From: Psychrobacter sp. DM4
Lineage (GTDB): Bacteria; Pseudomonadota; Gammaproteobacteria; Pseudomonadales; Moraxellaceae
DNA: 32,000 nt
Reading direction: 5' to 3'
Assembly: GCF_051307035.1 (NCBI RefSeq)
Contig: NZ_CP195536.1
Coordinates: 1,620,001 to 1,652,000 of the forward strand
Below the pieces are notes generated by a model. The model searched no databases and was not told where the DNA came from. It was given only the letters and a program-made list of their open reading frames with translations. A program made the position numbers and the translations under genes. This document shows, piece by piece, positions 9,116 through 17,010 of this stretch (positions are counted from its first letter, which is position 1; the number at the start of each line of letters is the position of its first letter).

Positions 9116-9967
9116 CTACTCTCTCCAATATGTCTCAATCCAATCCACTGGTAAGATAAAATGACGTAAATGACGTAGTGGCTTTTTAAGATTCTTTGTG
9201 TCTTTGATGTTTTTTAAATGATCTACTGCGTTGTTTGCAGCATCTTTGTTATATTTGCCTTCGATAGCATGCGTTGGATACAAGTCACCTGGGAATATGA
9301 CAAGGCGCGCGCCTTTTGGTATCTTAGGCGTTTTAAAATAATTTAGCGGAAACGGCTGACGGCATTTGCGTCTAAAGTGCGCAACCCATTTTTTGGGGAA
9401 CAGTTTGACGCCGCCGGGCGCATTACGGGTGACAAAACGCTGCTCAAAACGATATTTGTCAGCGATGCCTTGCGGATCGGCTTTGAATTTTTCTTGTAGT
9501 GACACCAACTGCCCGACTTGAAACCTAAAGCAGGATGTCTGTCCTAAACGCTCTAAGGGGTTGCTTGGATTGTACGATAGTATGATGTCATCAGCCTTTC
9601 CATATTCAAAGAAAGGATCGAGACTATCGACGATGATCACATCTAAATCGACAAATAATACCGTGCCCGTTAGATCACCTAACGTTTCGCCCCACAAACG
9701 CGACTTTGGCCACTTGCCCAACGTATTGGTAGGCATAGTCACATCGAGTGGTGGCAACTCTTGGCATTCAATCTCAGAACGTACACCAGTGGTGTCATCG
9801 GTAAAACAAACAAAGCGAAATGGCGGCGTAATATTACGAGAGACCATACCGTATAATTTGTTGGCATAATCAGCGCCGTATTTGGTGCCCCATTTAATAC
9901 AGATGATCTGCTTGATGTTGTTGTCTTTAGCTTTGGCTTTTTTGAACATAAAGGAGCTCACTGTCAT
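9116..9967 (-). CDS. GT-A-like (DxD) glycosyltransferase, paralog of the gene at 1..774
   Basis: IKWGTKYGADYANKLYGMVSR.., FTDDTTG and LFVDLDVIIVD align along the whole length with ORF 1..774. The start is uncertain (ATG at 9967 or the internal MFKKAKAK). Confidence 0.65.
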   Translation of the reverse strand: MTVSSFMFKKAKAKDNNIKQIICIKWGTKYGADYANKLYGMVSRNITPPFRFVCFTDDTTGVRSEIECQELPPLDVTMPTNTLGKWPKSRLWGETLGDLTGTVLFVDLDVIIVDSLDPFFEYGKADDIILSYNPSNPLERLGQTSCFRFQVGQLVSLQEKFKADPQGIADKYRFEQRFVTRNAPGGVKLFPKKWVAHFRRKCRQPFPLNYFKTPKIPKGARLVIFPGDLYPTHAIEGKYNKDAANNAVDHLKNIKDTKNLKKPLRHLRHFILPVDWIETYWRE

Positions 9968-10006
9968 CGTATGAGTAAATATGCCAAGTATATTAACACA
10001 AAAAAA

Positions 10007-10030
10007 AGACTGAACAATTATGTTCAGCCT
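10007..10030 (-). terminator. Intrinsic terminator after ilvE (bidirectional shape)
   Basis: CTGAACA (10010-10016) and TGTTCAG (10021-10027) form the stem with loop ATTA. A T8-9 run follows on the minus strand and CCTTTTT on the plus strand. Confidence 0.6.
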
Positions 10031-10048
10031 TTTTGAGCAAATTTACAA

Positions 10049-10978
10049 TTAATCAATAAAATCTAACCAATCCATGTATTGCTCACTACGACCATGCACG
10101 ACATCGAAGTACAAAGTTTGAAGCTTCTCTGTAATTTCGCCGCGACCACCGTTACCAATAGTGCGATCATCATATTCACGAATGGGCGTAACCTCAGCTG
10201 CCGTACCCGTCATAAAGATCTCATCGGCTAAGTAGAACTCATCGCGAGTAATACGGCGTTCTGTGACTTTGATGTCTAAGTCTTTGCAGAACTGCATGAT
10301 AGTACGGCGCGTAATCCCATCCAATGCCCCACCTGCCAAATCTGGCGTATGAAGCTCACCGTTTTTGACTAAGAATAAATTCTCACCTGACCCTTGGCAT
10401 ACGTAGCCTTGTGAGTCCATCATGATCGCCTCATCATAGCCATTACGGGTCACTTCACGGTTTGCCATGATTGAGACCGGATAATTACTCGACGCTTTGG
10501 CCTTGCACATCGTGACGTTGGGCAGATGATGAGTATAAGAAGACGTTTTGACACGAATACCATTTTGGATACCCTCTTCACCCAAATAGGCGCCCCAATG
10601 CCACGCGGCAACCATAGCATTGACGCTATTGGTGTGGGCTGAGAGTCCCAATTTTTCAGCGCCAACCCAAATTAGCGGACGAATATAAGCTTCGGCTAGT
10701 TTGTTTTGTTTAACGACATCTTTATGCGCTTGTTCAAGCGTGGCTTGATCAAAGGGCACTTCTAACTGAAAAATCTTTGCTGACCCTAACAGGCGTTCGG
10801 TATGATCTTTTAGACGAAATACAGCAGTGCGCTTGTCATCGGTCTGATACGCTCGGACTCCTTCAAATACTGCGATACCATAATGCATACTATGTGTCAG
10901 CACATGAACTTTTGCATCGGGCTGATCAATTATCTCGCCATTCATCCAAAGTTTGCCGTCTTGGGTTGCCATGTTCAT
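10049..10978 (-). CDS. ilvE: Branched-chain amino acid aminotransferase
   Basis: 309 aa. WMNGEIIDQPDAKVHVLTHSMHYGIAVFEGVRAY aligns with the E. coli IlvE N-terminus. It shows PLP fold-type IV features and the canonical length. Confidence 0.93.
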   Translation of the reverse strand: MNMATQDGKLWMNGEIIDQPDAKVHVLTHSMHYGIAVFEGVRAYQTDDKRTAVFRLKDHTERLLGSAKIFQLEVPFDQATLEQAHKDVVKQNKLAEAYIRPLIWVGAEKLGLSAHTNSVNAMVAAWHWGAYLGEEGIQNGIRVKTSSYTHHLPNVTMCKAKASSNYPVSIMANREVTRNGYDEAIMMDSQGYVCQGSGENLFLVKNGELHTPDLAGGALDGITRRTIMQFCKDLDIKVTERRITRDEFYLADEIFMTGTAAEVTPIREYDDRTIGNGGRGEITEKLQTLYFDVVHGRSEQYMDWLDFID

Positions 10979-11158
10979 GCAAAAGTCCTTAGGTTAGCAC
11001 TATCGTCTAACTTTTCTATTAAGTGTTTAATGGATGAAATACAAACGTATATAAATCCGAATGTTTCAGATCTGCGGGTGATTATATCATCGCCAGACTC
11101 AGCAAAGATAATTTTTTAGTGTGCTATAAACTGATTTTTTTAATAAACAATTAAAGAT

Positions 11159-14065
11159 TTATTTAGTATCTATTGGCGTCACGCCCATCAAGTGCTGCCA
11201 CTGTGCCTGAACCAGTCGCCGTGTTTCAACCCACAAGGATTCATCCACTAAGGAGGACTGCTCAGCTAAAGCAAGCTGGTGCGTCGCGGCTCGTATACGT
11301 AAATAAGCATCGGTTAGATCCTGACAAACCTCCTGCTTCCATATTCCCAATTTAGCTACTTCTTCAAAGATACGAACATTGTCGCTCCACTTGGTTAAGC
11401 TTGGGTACTCATGAGAATATGCCAGTACGGCGAACTGCGCCAAGAACTCGATATCGACAATGCCGCCTGCATCTTGTTTGAGATGAAATTTGCCCTCTCG
11501 TTGCTGGTTTGAGCTGGTGCCGAGATGCTTTTGCATCTTTAAACGCATGCTCGTCACCTCAACCCTTACCTCATCAAGCGTACGCGGTAATGACAAAGCA
11601 GAGCGGCGTATATCACAAAAGCGCGCTGTGACGATCTTGTCGCCGCAGATAGCACGCGAGCGTACAAGTGCTTGATGCTCCCAAGCCCAGGCCTTACCGA
11701 GCTGGTAAGTCTCAAAAGCATGACTAGATACGATCATCATTCCTGCATTACCAGAGGGCCGCAGACGCATATCAATCTCATAAGCGCGTCCATCACGAGT
11801 CTGAGTATTTAGATAAGTCATGAGCTTTTGCACAAGCCTTGCGGCAAATTTCATTCCGCTCACTGACTTCTCACCCGTCGTCATACCCGCCTCTTTTATC
11901 TTGTGCAAAAACACTAAGTCCAAATCTGATGAGTAAGACAACTCAAGTCCGCCAAGCTTGCCATAGCCAATGATAGCAAAGCCGCAATCGGCTTCCGTAA
12001 CAGGGTCGCCATTAGTCGATATAGGATAGCCATAGCGCTTGACAATCTCAGCAAAAGCACGCTCCAGAGCAGCCTCTAGTACGACCTCGGCAATATAAGT
12101 CAGTGAGTCTGAGACTTTCATGATCGGACGTTCAGCCAGCACATCGCTTGCCGCTACTGCTAGTATTTGATTCTTTTTGAATAGACGTAGCGCACTAAGC
12201 AGCTCTTCTTCATCGCCAGGCTCTACTCGCAGTAAGTGCTGACGCAAAATATCACGCAGCTCGATCTTGTCAGGTAGATGGCGATAACGCTGCTGAAGAA
12301 AGGTGTCGAGTAGTACAGGATAGCGTGCCAACTCATTGGCAATCCAAGGGCTCGCTGAGAGCATGGGAATCAGCTCAACCGTCGCATTGGGGTTTTCTGC
12401 GATCATCACTAAATAGATAGAACGACGACAAATTGCTTCAAGCAAGGTAATGAGTCGCGGTAAGGCCGTATTAGCCAGTTGCTGCTGCTGCTGGTGTGCG
12501 AGCAAAGCATGTACGATAACAGGGTACGCCTCATCTAGGCGCGTCCTAGCCTCATCGCTCAAGCTTGCCACCATTTTAGACTGCCAGAACTGATCAAGTT
12601 GCGCGCGGCTGTCTTCAGTAAGTACTGTATCTAATTTAGCGATTTGTTCATTAAGATCAGCGGGCTCTACGTCTTCATCGTCTTGGGTGGGCATCTGTCG
12701 CTCAGTTACCATACGCTCAAACGGTACATTTATCGTATGTCTATGTTGATTAAGCGTCTTGGTTAACTCGTTCCAATTCTCAAACCCTAAAGTTGTTGCC
12801 AAGTTTAGACGCCAGAATGGGTCTTGTGGTAAGCGCTGGGTTTGTTGATCGTTAATCGCTTGAATACCATGCTCTAATCGGCGCAAAAAACGATATGCGG
12901 CTTGGAGCTGCTCGTAGGTAGTTGGCTCAAAATATTCAAAATGATACAGCTCCCTCATTGCCTCCAAGCACGATTTGACCTGTAACTCAGGGTGACGTCC
13001 GCCATAGATCAGCTGAAATGCTTGTACAATGAACTCGATATCACGAATACCGCCGGCGCCAAGCTTGATATTATCTAAGTCCTCACGCTGCGCCACTTGG
13101 TTTTGAATCAGTGACTTCATCTCTCTGAGCGCTGAAAAGGCACTATAATCGACGTAATAGCGAAATACAAAAGGTTTGATTAAATCTTGCAAGCCATCAT
13201 AAAACGGCTCGGCCACTTGCCCGACTACTCTCGCCTTTAACCAAGCGAATCGCTCCCAAGCCCTGCCATGATTGGTAAAATACTTTTGTAAGGCGGAGAG
13301 ATGAATAGCCAAATCACTACCATCGCCCCAAGGTCGCAGACGCATATCTACTCGAAATACAAACCCATCGGCAGTATTATTATCGAGCAATTTTATAATG
13401 CCTTGGCCAAGGCGATTCATAAAGCGTTTGTTATCGATACTACGCGTACCTTTTGCTTTGTCACCGTCTGTCTCACCGCGCGCCCAGTGAACGAATATCA
13501 GATCAATATCACTTGATAAATTTAGCTCTTGCGCGCCAAGTTTGCCCATCGCCATAATTGCCATATCATCAAATTGTATATCGCCCTGTCCATTGACAAA
13601 GGTAGGTCGACCATACTGGGCCACCAGATGCGTATAGGTATATTCTTTGGCAAACATGATACAACCATCAGCGAATTCGGAGAGCTCATCGGTCAGCTGT
13701 TCAAGGGCGATCACTCCTAGCGCATCTTGCCAAATCCAGCGCATCATAAGGGAGGTACGCAGATGACGCAGACCGCTCATCACTTGCGTCTCATCACCCA
13801 GCTGATAGTTATCGTCTAGCGTATAATCTTGAATCAAATCATCAATCTGCTGGCGAGTTAAAGTGCTATCTAGCGGATAACTGCGTAAAAAGGTCTGGCA
13901 GGAGTTCGTTCGACTCTCCCACACCTGATAAGCAAATGCACTGGCAGTCTGCAAAACTTTAATCTGCTGAGGTGTTGGCTGATAACTCATAGGATTGGGG
14001 CTATTAGATAACATATTGGATGGTTCTAGTGGCTCCGGTAGCATAGGGATAAAAACTCCTGACAT
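11159..14065 (-). CDS. glnE: Bifunctional glutamine synthetase adenylyltransferase / adenylyl-removing enzyme
   Basis: 968 aa with two nucleotidyltransferase modules (GKLGAQELNLSSDIDLIF and GYGKLGGLELSYSSDLDLVF). Each module is followed by a GlnE-type helical domain. The exact start is uncertain. Confidence 0.92.
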   Translation of the reverse strand: MSGVFIPMLPEPLEPSNMLSNSPNPMSYQPTPQQIKVLQTASAFAYQVWESRTNSCQTFLRSYPLDSTLTRQQIDDLIQDYTLDDNYQLGDETQVMSGLRHLRTSLMMRWIWQDALGVIALEQLTDELSEFADGCIMFAKEYTYTHLVAQYGRPTFVNGQGDIQFDDMAIMAMGKLGAQELNLSSDIDLIFVHWARGETDGDKAKGTRSIDNKRFMNRLGQGIIKLLDNNTADGFVFRVDMRLRPWGDGSDLAIHLSALQKYFTNHGRAWERFAWLKARVVGQVAEPFYDGLQDLIKPFVFRYYVDYSAFSALREMKSLIQNQVAQREDLDNIKLGAGGIRDIEFIVQAFQLIYGGRHPELQVKSCLEAMRELYHFEYFEPTTYEQLQAAYRFLRRLEHGIQAINDQQTQRLPQDPFWRLNLATTLGFENWNELTKTLNQHRHTINVPFERMVTERQMPTQDDEDVEPADLNEQIAKLDTVLTEDSRAQLDQFWQSKMVASLSDEARTRLDEAYPVIVHALLAHQQQQQLANTALPRLITLLEAICRRSIYLVMIAENPNATVELIPMLSASPWIANELARYPVLLDTFLQQRYRHLPDKIELRDILRQHLLRVEPGDEEELLSALRLFKKNQILAVAASDVLAERPIMKVSDSLTYIAEVVLEAALERAFAEIVKRYGYPISTNGDPVTEADCGFAIIGYGKLGGLELSYSSDLDLVFLHKIKEAGMTTGEKSVSGMKFAARLVQKLMTYLNTQTRDGRAYEIDMRLRPSGNAGMMIVSSHAFETYQLGKAWAWEHQALVRSRAICGDKIVTARFCDIRRSALSLPRTLDEVRVEVTSMRLKMQKHLGTSSNQQREGKFHLKQDAGGIVDIEFLAQFAVLAYSHEYPSLTKWSDNVRIFEEVAKLGIWKQEVCQDLTDAYLRIRAATHQLALAEQSSLVDESLWVETRRLVQAQWQHLMGVTPIDTK

Positions 14066-14388
14066 TGAATGTTAAGACTACGTGAACCTTATGGACAAGT
14101 TTATTATTTTTTATTACGAGGCGGTCATTATTTAATAATGAGCAGATGTCAAAATACGATATTTTTTGAGCATTTAACTTAAACACCTCAGTAGTAAGCG
14201 ACGCATTATTTGCTACAATATCGTAAGTAATATTAAAGATAAATGCTTAAGTTTATCGTTGATTTTTATGACTTCATGGTAGCATAAATCGTTTTACGTG
14301 AAATGATGTTTGATACCCGATGGTATTTGGTATTTGATTTTCAATACTCAATGACTCCTATCCTATGATAAAAGTGTGATATCCCTTT

Positions 14389-14808
14389 ATGACTATCGAC
14401 CATACTGTATTATTGATAACCAAAGATCCCAGTCATCCGCTTGCGTCTTTATCTTTACGTTATGCGCGTGCCTATCTTCACAGCATTGTGGCCAATGGCA
14501 ACGATGCTAGTGAGAACAAGTCGTTGAAACTCTTCTTTTACGCGGATGCAGCTCATATTGCCAATCGTCTGCGTTGGCAGTCCGCTGATCAATCTAACTT
14601 AACGGTCAAGTGGCAGGAACTGGCGGCTGAGTATTCGCAACCCTTGCCAGTATGTGTAAGTACAGCGCTGAGTCGCGGTATTAGCGATGCGGACAATAGC
14701 GCTCGCCATCAATTAGATGGTGACAATTTAGCCCCTGGGTTCGAGCTGGTCGGGCTTGGTGAGCTCGCGATGATGTTACAAGGCAATTGTCGCTTACTCC
14801 AGTTTTAA
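14389..14808 (+). CDS. tusD: Sulfurtransferase complex subunit TusD (DsrE family)
   Basis: The C-terminus GFELVGLGELAMMLQGNCRLLQF and the active-site Cys context PVCVSTALSRGI match E. coli TusD (ICVAAALRRG ... RVVQF). It is first of a tusD-tusC-tusB order. Confidence 0.8.
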   Translation: MTIDHTVLLITKDPSHPLASLSLRYARAYLHSIVANGNDASENKSLKLFFYADAAHIANRLRWQSADQSNLTVKWQELAAEYSQPLPVCVSTALSRGISDADNSARHQLDGDNLAPGFELVGLGELAMMLQGNCRLLQF

Positions 14809-14819
14809 GAGAATACATT

Positions 14820-15143
14820 ATGAAAATACTCATCCAGCTGCGCACACCCACTGAGATGGCAAGCTACGAAGGCTGCGCTTTGGCACTAACGCTGGCTACA
14901 TTTGAGCATGAGGTACAGCTGTATTTGGATGCATCTGTCTTTGGGTTACTGATGCAACCCAAGTCGCGTTTGCATGGCATGATGCAATCGCTCGACTTAT
15001 ATGATATGCCTCCAGCTTGGCTACCTGATGATGTCTTTAGTGGCTGGATAACAGGTATGCTACCAAGCGAACTGGCAGCGCAATTAACATTAGTACCAGA
15101 AGTCATCGACTCACAAGAATTCGATCAGGTTTTGACTTTTTAG
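14820..15143 (+). CDS. tusC: Sulfurtransferase complex subunit TusC (DsrF family)
   Basis: The ORF track gives 14787..15143. The ATG at 14820 (MKILIQLRTP) lies 12 nt after the tusD stop and gives the canonical length of about 107 aa. The DsrF-like C-terminus is ..FDQVLTF. Confidence 0.75.
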   Translation: MKILIQLRTPTEMASYEGCALALTLATFEHEVQLYLDASVFGLLMQPKSRLHGMMQSLDLYDMPPAWLPDDVFSGWITGMLPSELAAQLTLVPEVIDSQEFDQVLTF

Positions 15144-15232
15144 ATTGAGTTAATTCTAATTTGCAAACTCGAATTTTATTCAAAAAATAATCACTGTTAC
15201 TCAGTGAACAACAACTTGGGTGGACGACTGCC

Positions 15233-15562
15233 ATGGCAACTTTGTATCAATTACATAGTACGATGGATATGCTTAGACGTAGCACTGAGCAAATGGCGCT
15301 GACGTGGCGACATGGTGACAGTATTGTTTTGCTTGGCACGACTATTGCTTTTATTGATTGGCTACAAGCTTATTTAGACGACAGTGATATAGAGGGCGTT
15401 GTAGCTCTGTACGCTTTAGTTGACGATGTGGCTCAATTGGGCGCTGATGCTCCAATTACCCTAAAATTAAATCGCAAGCTGACAGGTATTCTGAGCGATA
15501 AGGAGTGGGTCACAATGACACAAGAATCGATGTTTGATAAAGTGGTGACGATTAACCTATGA
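15233..15562 (+). CDS. tusB: Sulfurtransferase complex subunit TusB (DsrH family)
   Basis: Small (109 aa) and in the third position of the tusDCB order. It has a DsrH-like GDSIVLLGTTI / VVALYALVDDV pattern. Its stop overlaps the tusE start (ATGA at 15559-15562). Confidence 0.65.
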   Translation: MATLYQLHSTMDMLRRSTEQMALTWRHGDSIVLLGTTIAFIDWLQAYLDDSDIEGVVALYALVDDVAQLGADAPITLKLNRKLTGILSDKEWVTMTQESMFDKVVTINL

Positions 15563-15879
15563 GTGAGCTCTTATCGTTAGACCAAGATGGGCATCTCAAT
15601 GATCATACTCTCTGGACACCAGCGATTGCACAGCAACTTGCTGATACTTTGAATGTTGATCTGACACGTGAGCACTTACACATTTTAGATCAAGTCAGAG
15701 TATTTTTTGATACATTCAATCATGCACCGGCGACGCGTCCCCTAATTAAATGGTTACAACAAGTCTTGCCTGAACAAGATATTAGCAATCAAAGGTTGCA
15801 ACAGCTGTTCAATACAGGACTGGTGGCTCGTCACGTCAATCGCCTTGCAGGACTACCAAAACCACCTAATTGTTTATGA
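15559..15879 (+). CDS. tusE: Sulfurtransferase TusE (DsrC family)
   Basis: 106 aa. The conserved DsrC/TusE C-terminal arm is AGLPKPPNCL with a penultimate-region Cys. DGHLNDHTLWTPAIAQQLA is typical of the family. Confidence 0.85.
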   Translation: MSELLSLDQDGHLNDHTLWTPAIAQQLADTLNVDLTREHLHILDQVRVFFDTFNHAPATRPLIKWLQQVLPEQDISNQRLQQLFNTGLVARHVNRLAGLPKPPNCL

Positions 15880-15919
15880 GATTGAAGAGTGATAACCATT
15901 CAAAATACAGCTCACATAA

Positions 15920-16474
15920 CTATTCCTTTGCATCGTAAACGCTAAGCGTCTCATAACCGGTACTGCGCCCTGTATCACCCACGAATTCTTGTTGACGCCA
16001 GACCTCATAGAGACAGATAGCCACGCTGTTCGATAAATTCAAGCTGCGTGAATCAGGCAGCATTGGCAACCTAAGCCACTGCTCAGCACCGATATCAGCA
16101 CGGATATCGTCACTTAACCCTGAGGTCTCAGAACCAAAAACGAGCGCAATATTAGTAGAATTGCTTTCGTTTGAATTTGGTGTTGTAAAGTCATGCTCAT
16201 ACAAAGGGCTACTGAGTTTAGTTGTTAGAGCAACGATATGCACGCATCGCGCTGCTATTAAGGATTGTTTTGCTATAACCCAATTATCATGAACTTTTAG
16301 ATGTGCATATTCATGATAATCGAGTCCTGCTCGGCGCAACTTCTTGTCCTCAAGCTCGAACCCCAAAGGCTTTACTAGATGTAACTGCGCGCCACTATTA
16401 GCGCATAGCCGTATAATATTGCCTGTATTGCTCGGCATCTTTGGTGCAATTAGTACAATGTGAATGGTCATCAA
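15920..16474 (-). CDS. trmL: tRNA (cytidine/uridine(34)-2'-O)-methyltransferase, SpoU/TrmH family
   Basis: IHIVLIAPKMPSNTGNIIRLCANSGAQLHLVKPLGF aligns with the E. coli TrmL (YibK) N-terminus. The C-terminal knot motifs are LVFGSETSGL and LNLSNSVAICLYE. It carries a low-complexity insert, TTPNSNESNSTN. Confidence 0.88.
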   Translation of the reverse strand: MMTIHIVLIAPKMPSNTGNIIRLCANSGAQLHLVKPLGFELEDKKLRRAGLDYHEYAHLKVHDNWVIAKQSLIAARCVHIVALTTKLSSPLYEHDFTTPNSNESNSTNIALVFGSETSGLSDDIRADIGAEQWLRLPMLPDSRSLNLSNSVAICLYEVWRQQEFVGDTGRSTGYETLSVYDAKE

Positions 16475-16666
16475 ACGTTTCCATGAATTATTTATTCATC
16501 ACGATGTGTTTTTGATATATAACAAGCGTAATAATAAGTTACAGTTTACTATCAATAATTACATTTTGGTACTGTGCACTGATTTTAACTTTCACTATCA
16601 TAGCGGCAATGGATATGATGACACTGTCATGGTGCTCAGTTAGGCTATGTTATGTTGATTTTATCT

Positions 16667-16696
16667 TTACACTGGTTGGTACTTACTATTTATAAT
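16667..16696 (+). promoter_or_regulatory. Candidate sigma70 promoter for the entericidin-like gene
   Basis: TTACAC (16667-16672), an 18-nt spacer, then TATAAT (16691-16696), about 80 nt upstream of the ATG at 16778. This is a sequence-pattern match only. Confidence 0.3.
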
Positions 16697-16777
16697 CTCC
16701 GTACTAGTAACTAAGATCATAAATAGTAACCGCTATCAGCGTTCCCCCTAAACTTTACTTAATTTGAGGAATTTACT

Positions 16778-16918
16778 ATGAAAAAAGTAATCATCGCATC
16801 TTTGACTGCTATGTTTGTATTGACTGGTTGCAACACTCTACAAGGTTTTGGCCAAGACGTATCTGGCGCTGGTGATGCTGTTAGCAACACCGCTCAAGAC
16901 GTTAAGCAAAAAATCTAA
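16778..16918 (+). CDS. Entericidin A/B-family small lipoprotein (46 aa), not in the supplied ORF track
   Basis: Manual translation gives MKKVIIASLTAMFVLTGCNTLQGFGQDVSGAGDAVSNTAQDVKQKI. It has the lipobox LTGC followed by CNT..GFG.D, as in E. coli EcnA/EcnB. GAGGA lies 8 nt upstream of the ATG and a strong terminator follows. Confidence 0.85.
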   Translation: MKKVIIASLTAMFVLTGCNTLQGFGQDVSGAGDAVSNTAQDVKQKI

Positions 16919-16942
16919 GTTAGCTTGTTAGATTTATAAAAA

Positions 16943-16972
16943 AGGATTTACCGTTTGGTAAGTCCTTTTTTT
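16943..16972. terminator. Bidirectional intrinsic terminator between the entericidin-like gene and hemW
   Basis: AGGATTTACC (16943-16952) pairs with GGTAAGTCCT (16957-16966), loop GTTT, with one G-U pair. It is flanked by an A-run upstream and T6 downstream (16967-16972). Confidence 0.8.
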
Positions 16973-17010
16973 GTGACTCAATTTTTATTGACTTAATACT
17001 TAGATCGTAG

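Noticed and set aside
12479-12496. (CTG)4 trinucleotide run inside glnE encoding HQQQQQL
   Set aside because: Four in-frame repeats in an interdomain linker are too short for meaningful slippage or phase variation.
14125-14141. Perfect 17-bp AT-rich palindrome TCATTATT-T-AATAATGA in the glnE/tusD divergent region
   Set aside because: It may be a regulator site. However, AT-only palindromes of this size are not clearly above chance in AT-rich intergenic DNA once all spacers and positions are considered, and no known motif matches.
14322-14335. Tandem GGTATTT x2, and the 8-mer TACGTGAA repeated at 14079 and 14295
   Set aside because: They are too short and too few to distinguish from chance.
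16090-16180. Asn/Ser/Thr-rich low-complexity inserts in housekeeping proteins (TrmL TTPNSNESNSTN; also LeuA NNVNGNVDGYDDTSTDNKTNANA near 23860-23960)
   Set aside because: These look like lineage-typical surface-loop insertions between conserved motifs. The frames remain intact and the catalytic motifs are unaffected. This is not evidence of pseudogenisation or a new domain.
16618-16630. 13-bp palindrome ATGACA-C-TGTCAT in the trmL/entericidin intergenic region
   Set aside because: Six-bp arms are expected by chance across about 3 kb of intergenic sequence, and I recognise no matching operator consensus.
16634-16644. GCTCAGTTAGG, reminiscent of a tRNA D-arm
   Set aside because: There is no acceptor stem, anticodon arm or GTTCGAATC-type T-arm nearby. 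It is not a tRNA gene.
16609-16695. 28-codon hydrophobic mini-ORF (MDMMTLSWCSVRLCYVDFIFTLVGTYYL) that could resemble a type I toxin
   Set aside because: It has no Shine-Dalgarno and no recognisable antisense partner. It overlaps the promoter-like signal of the entericidin-like gene. There is no evidence beyond an open frame in AT-rich DNA.
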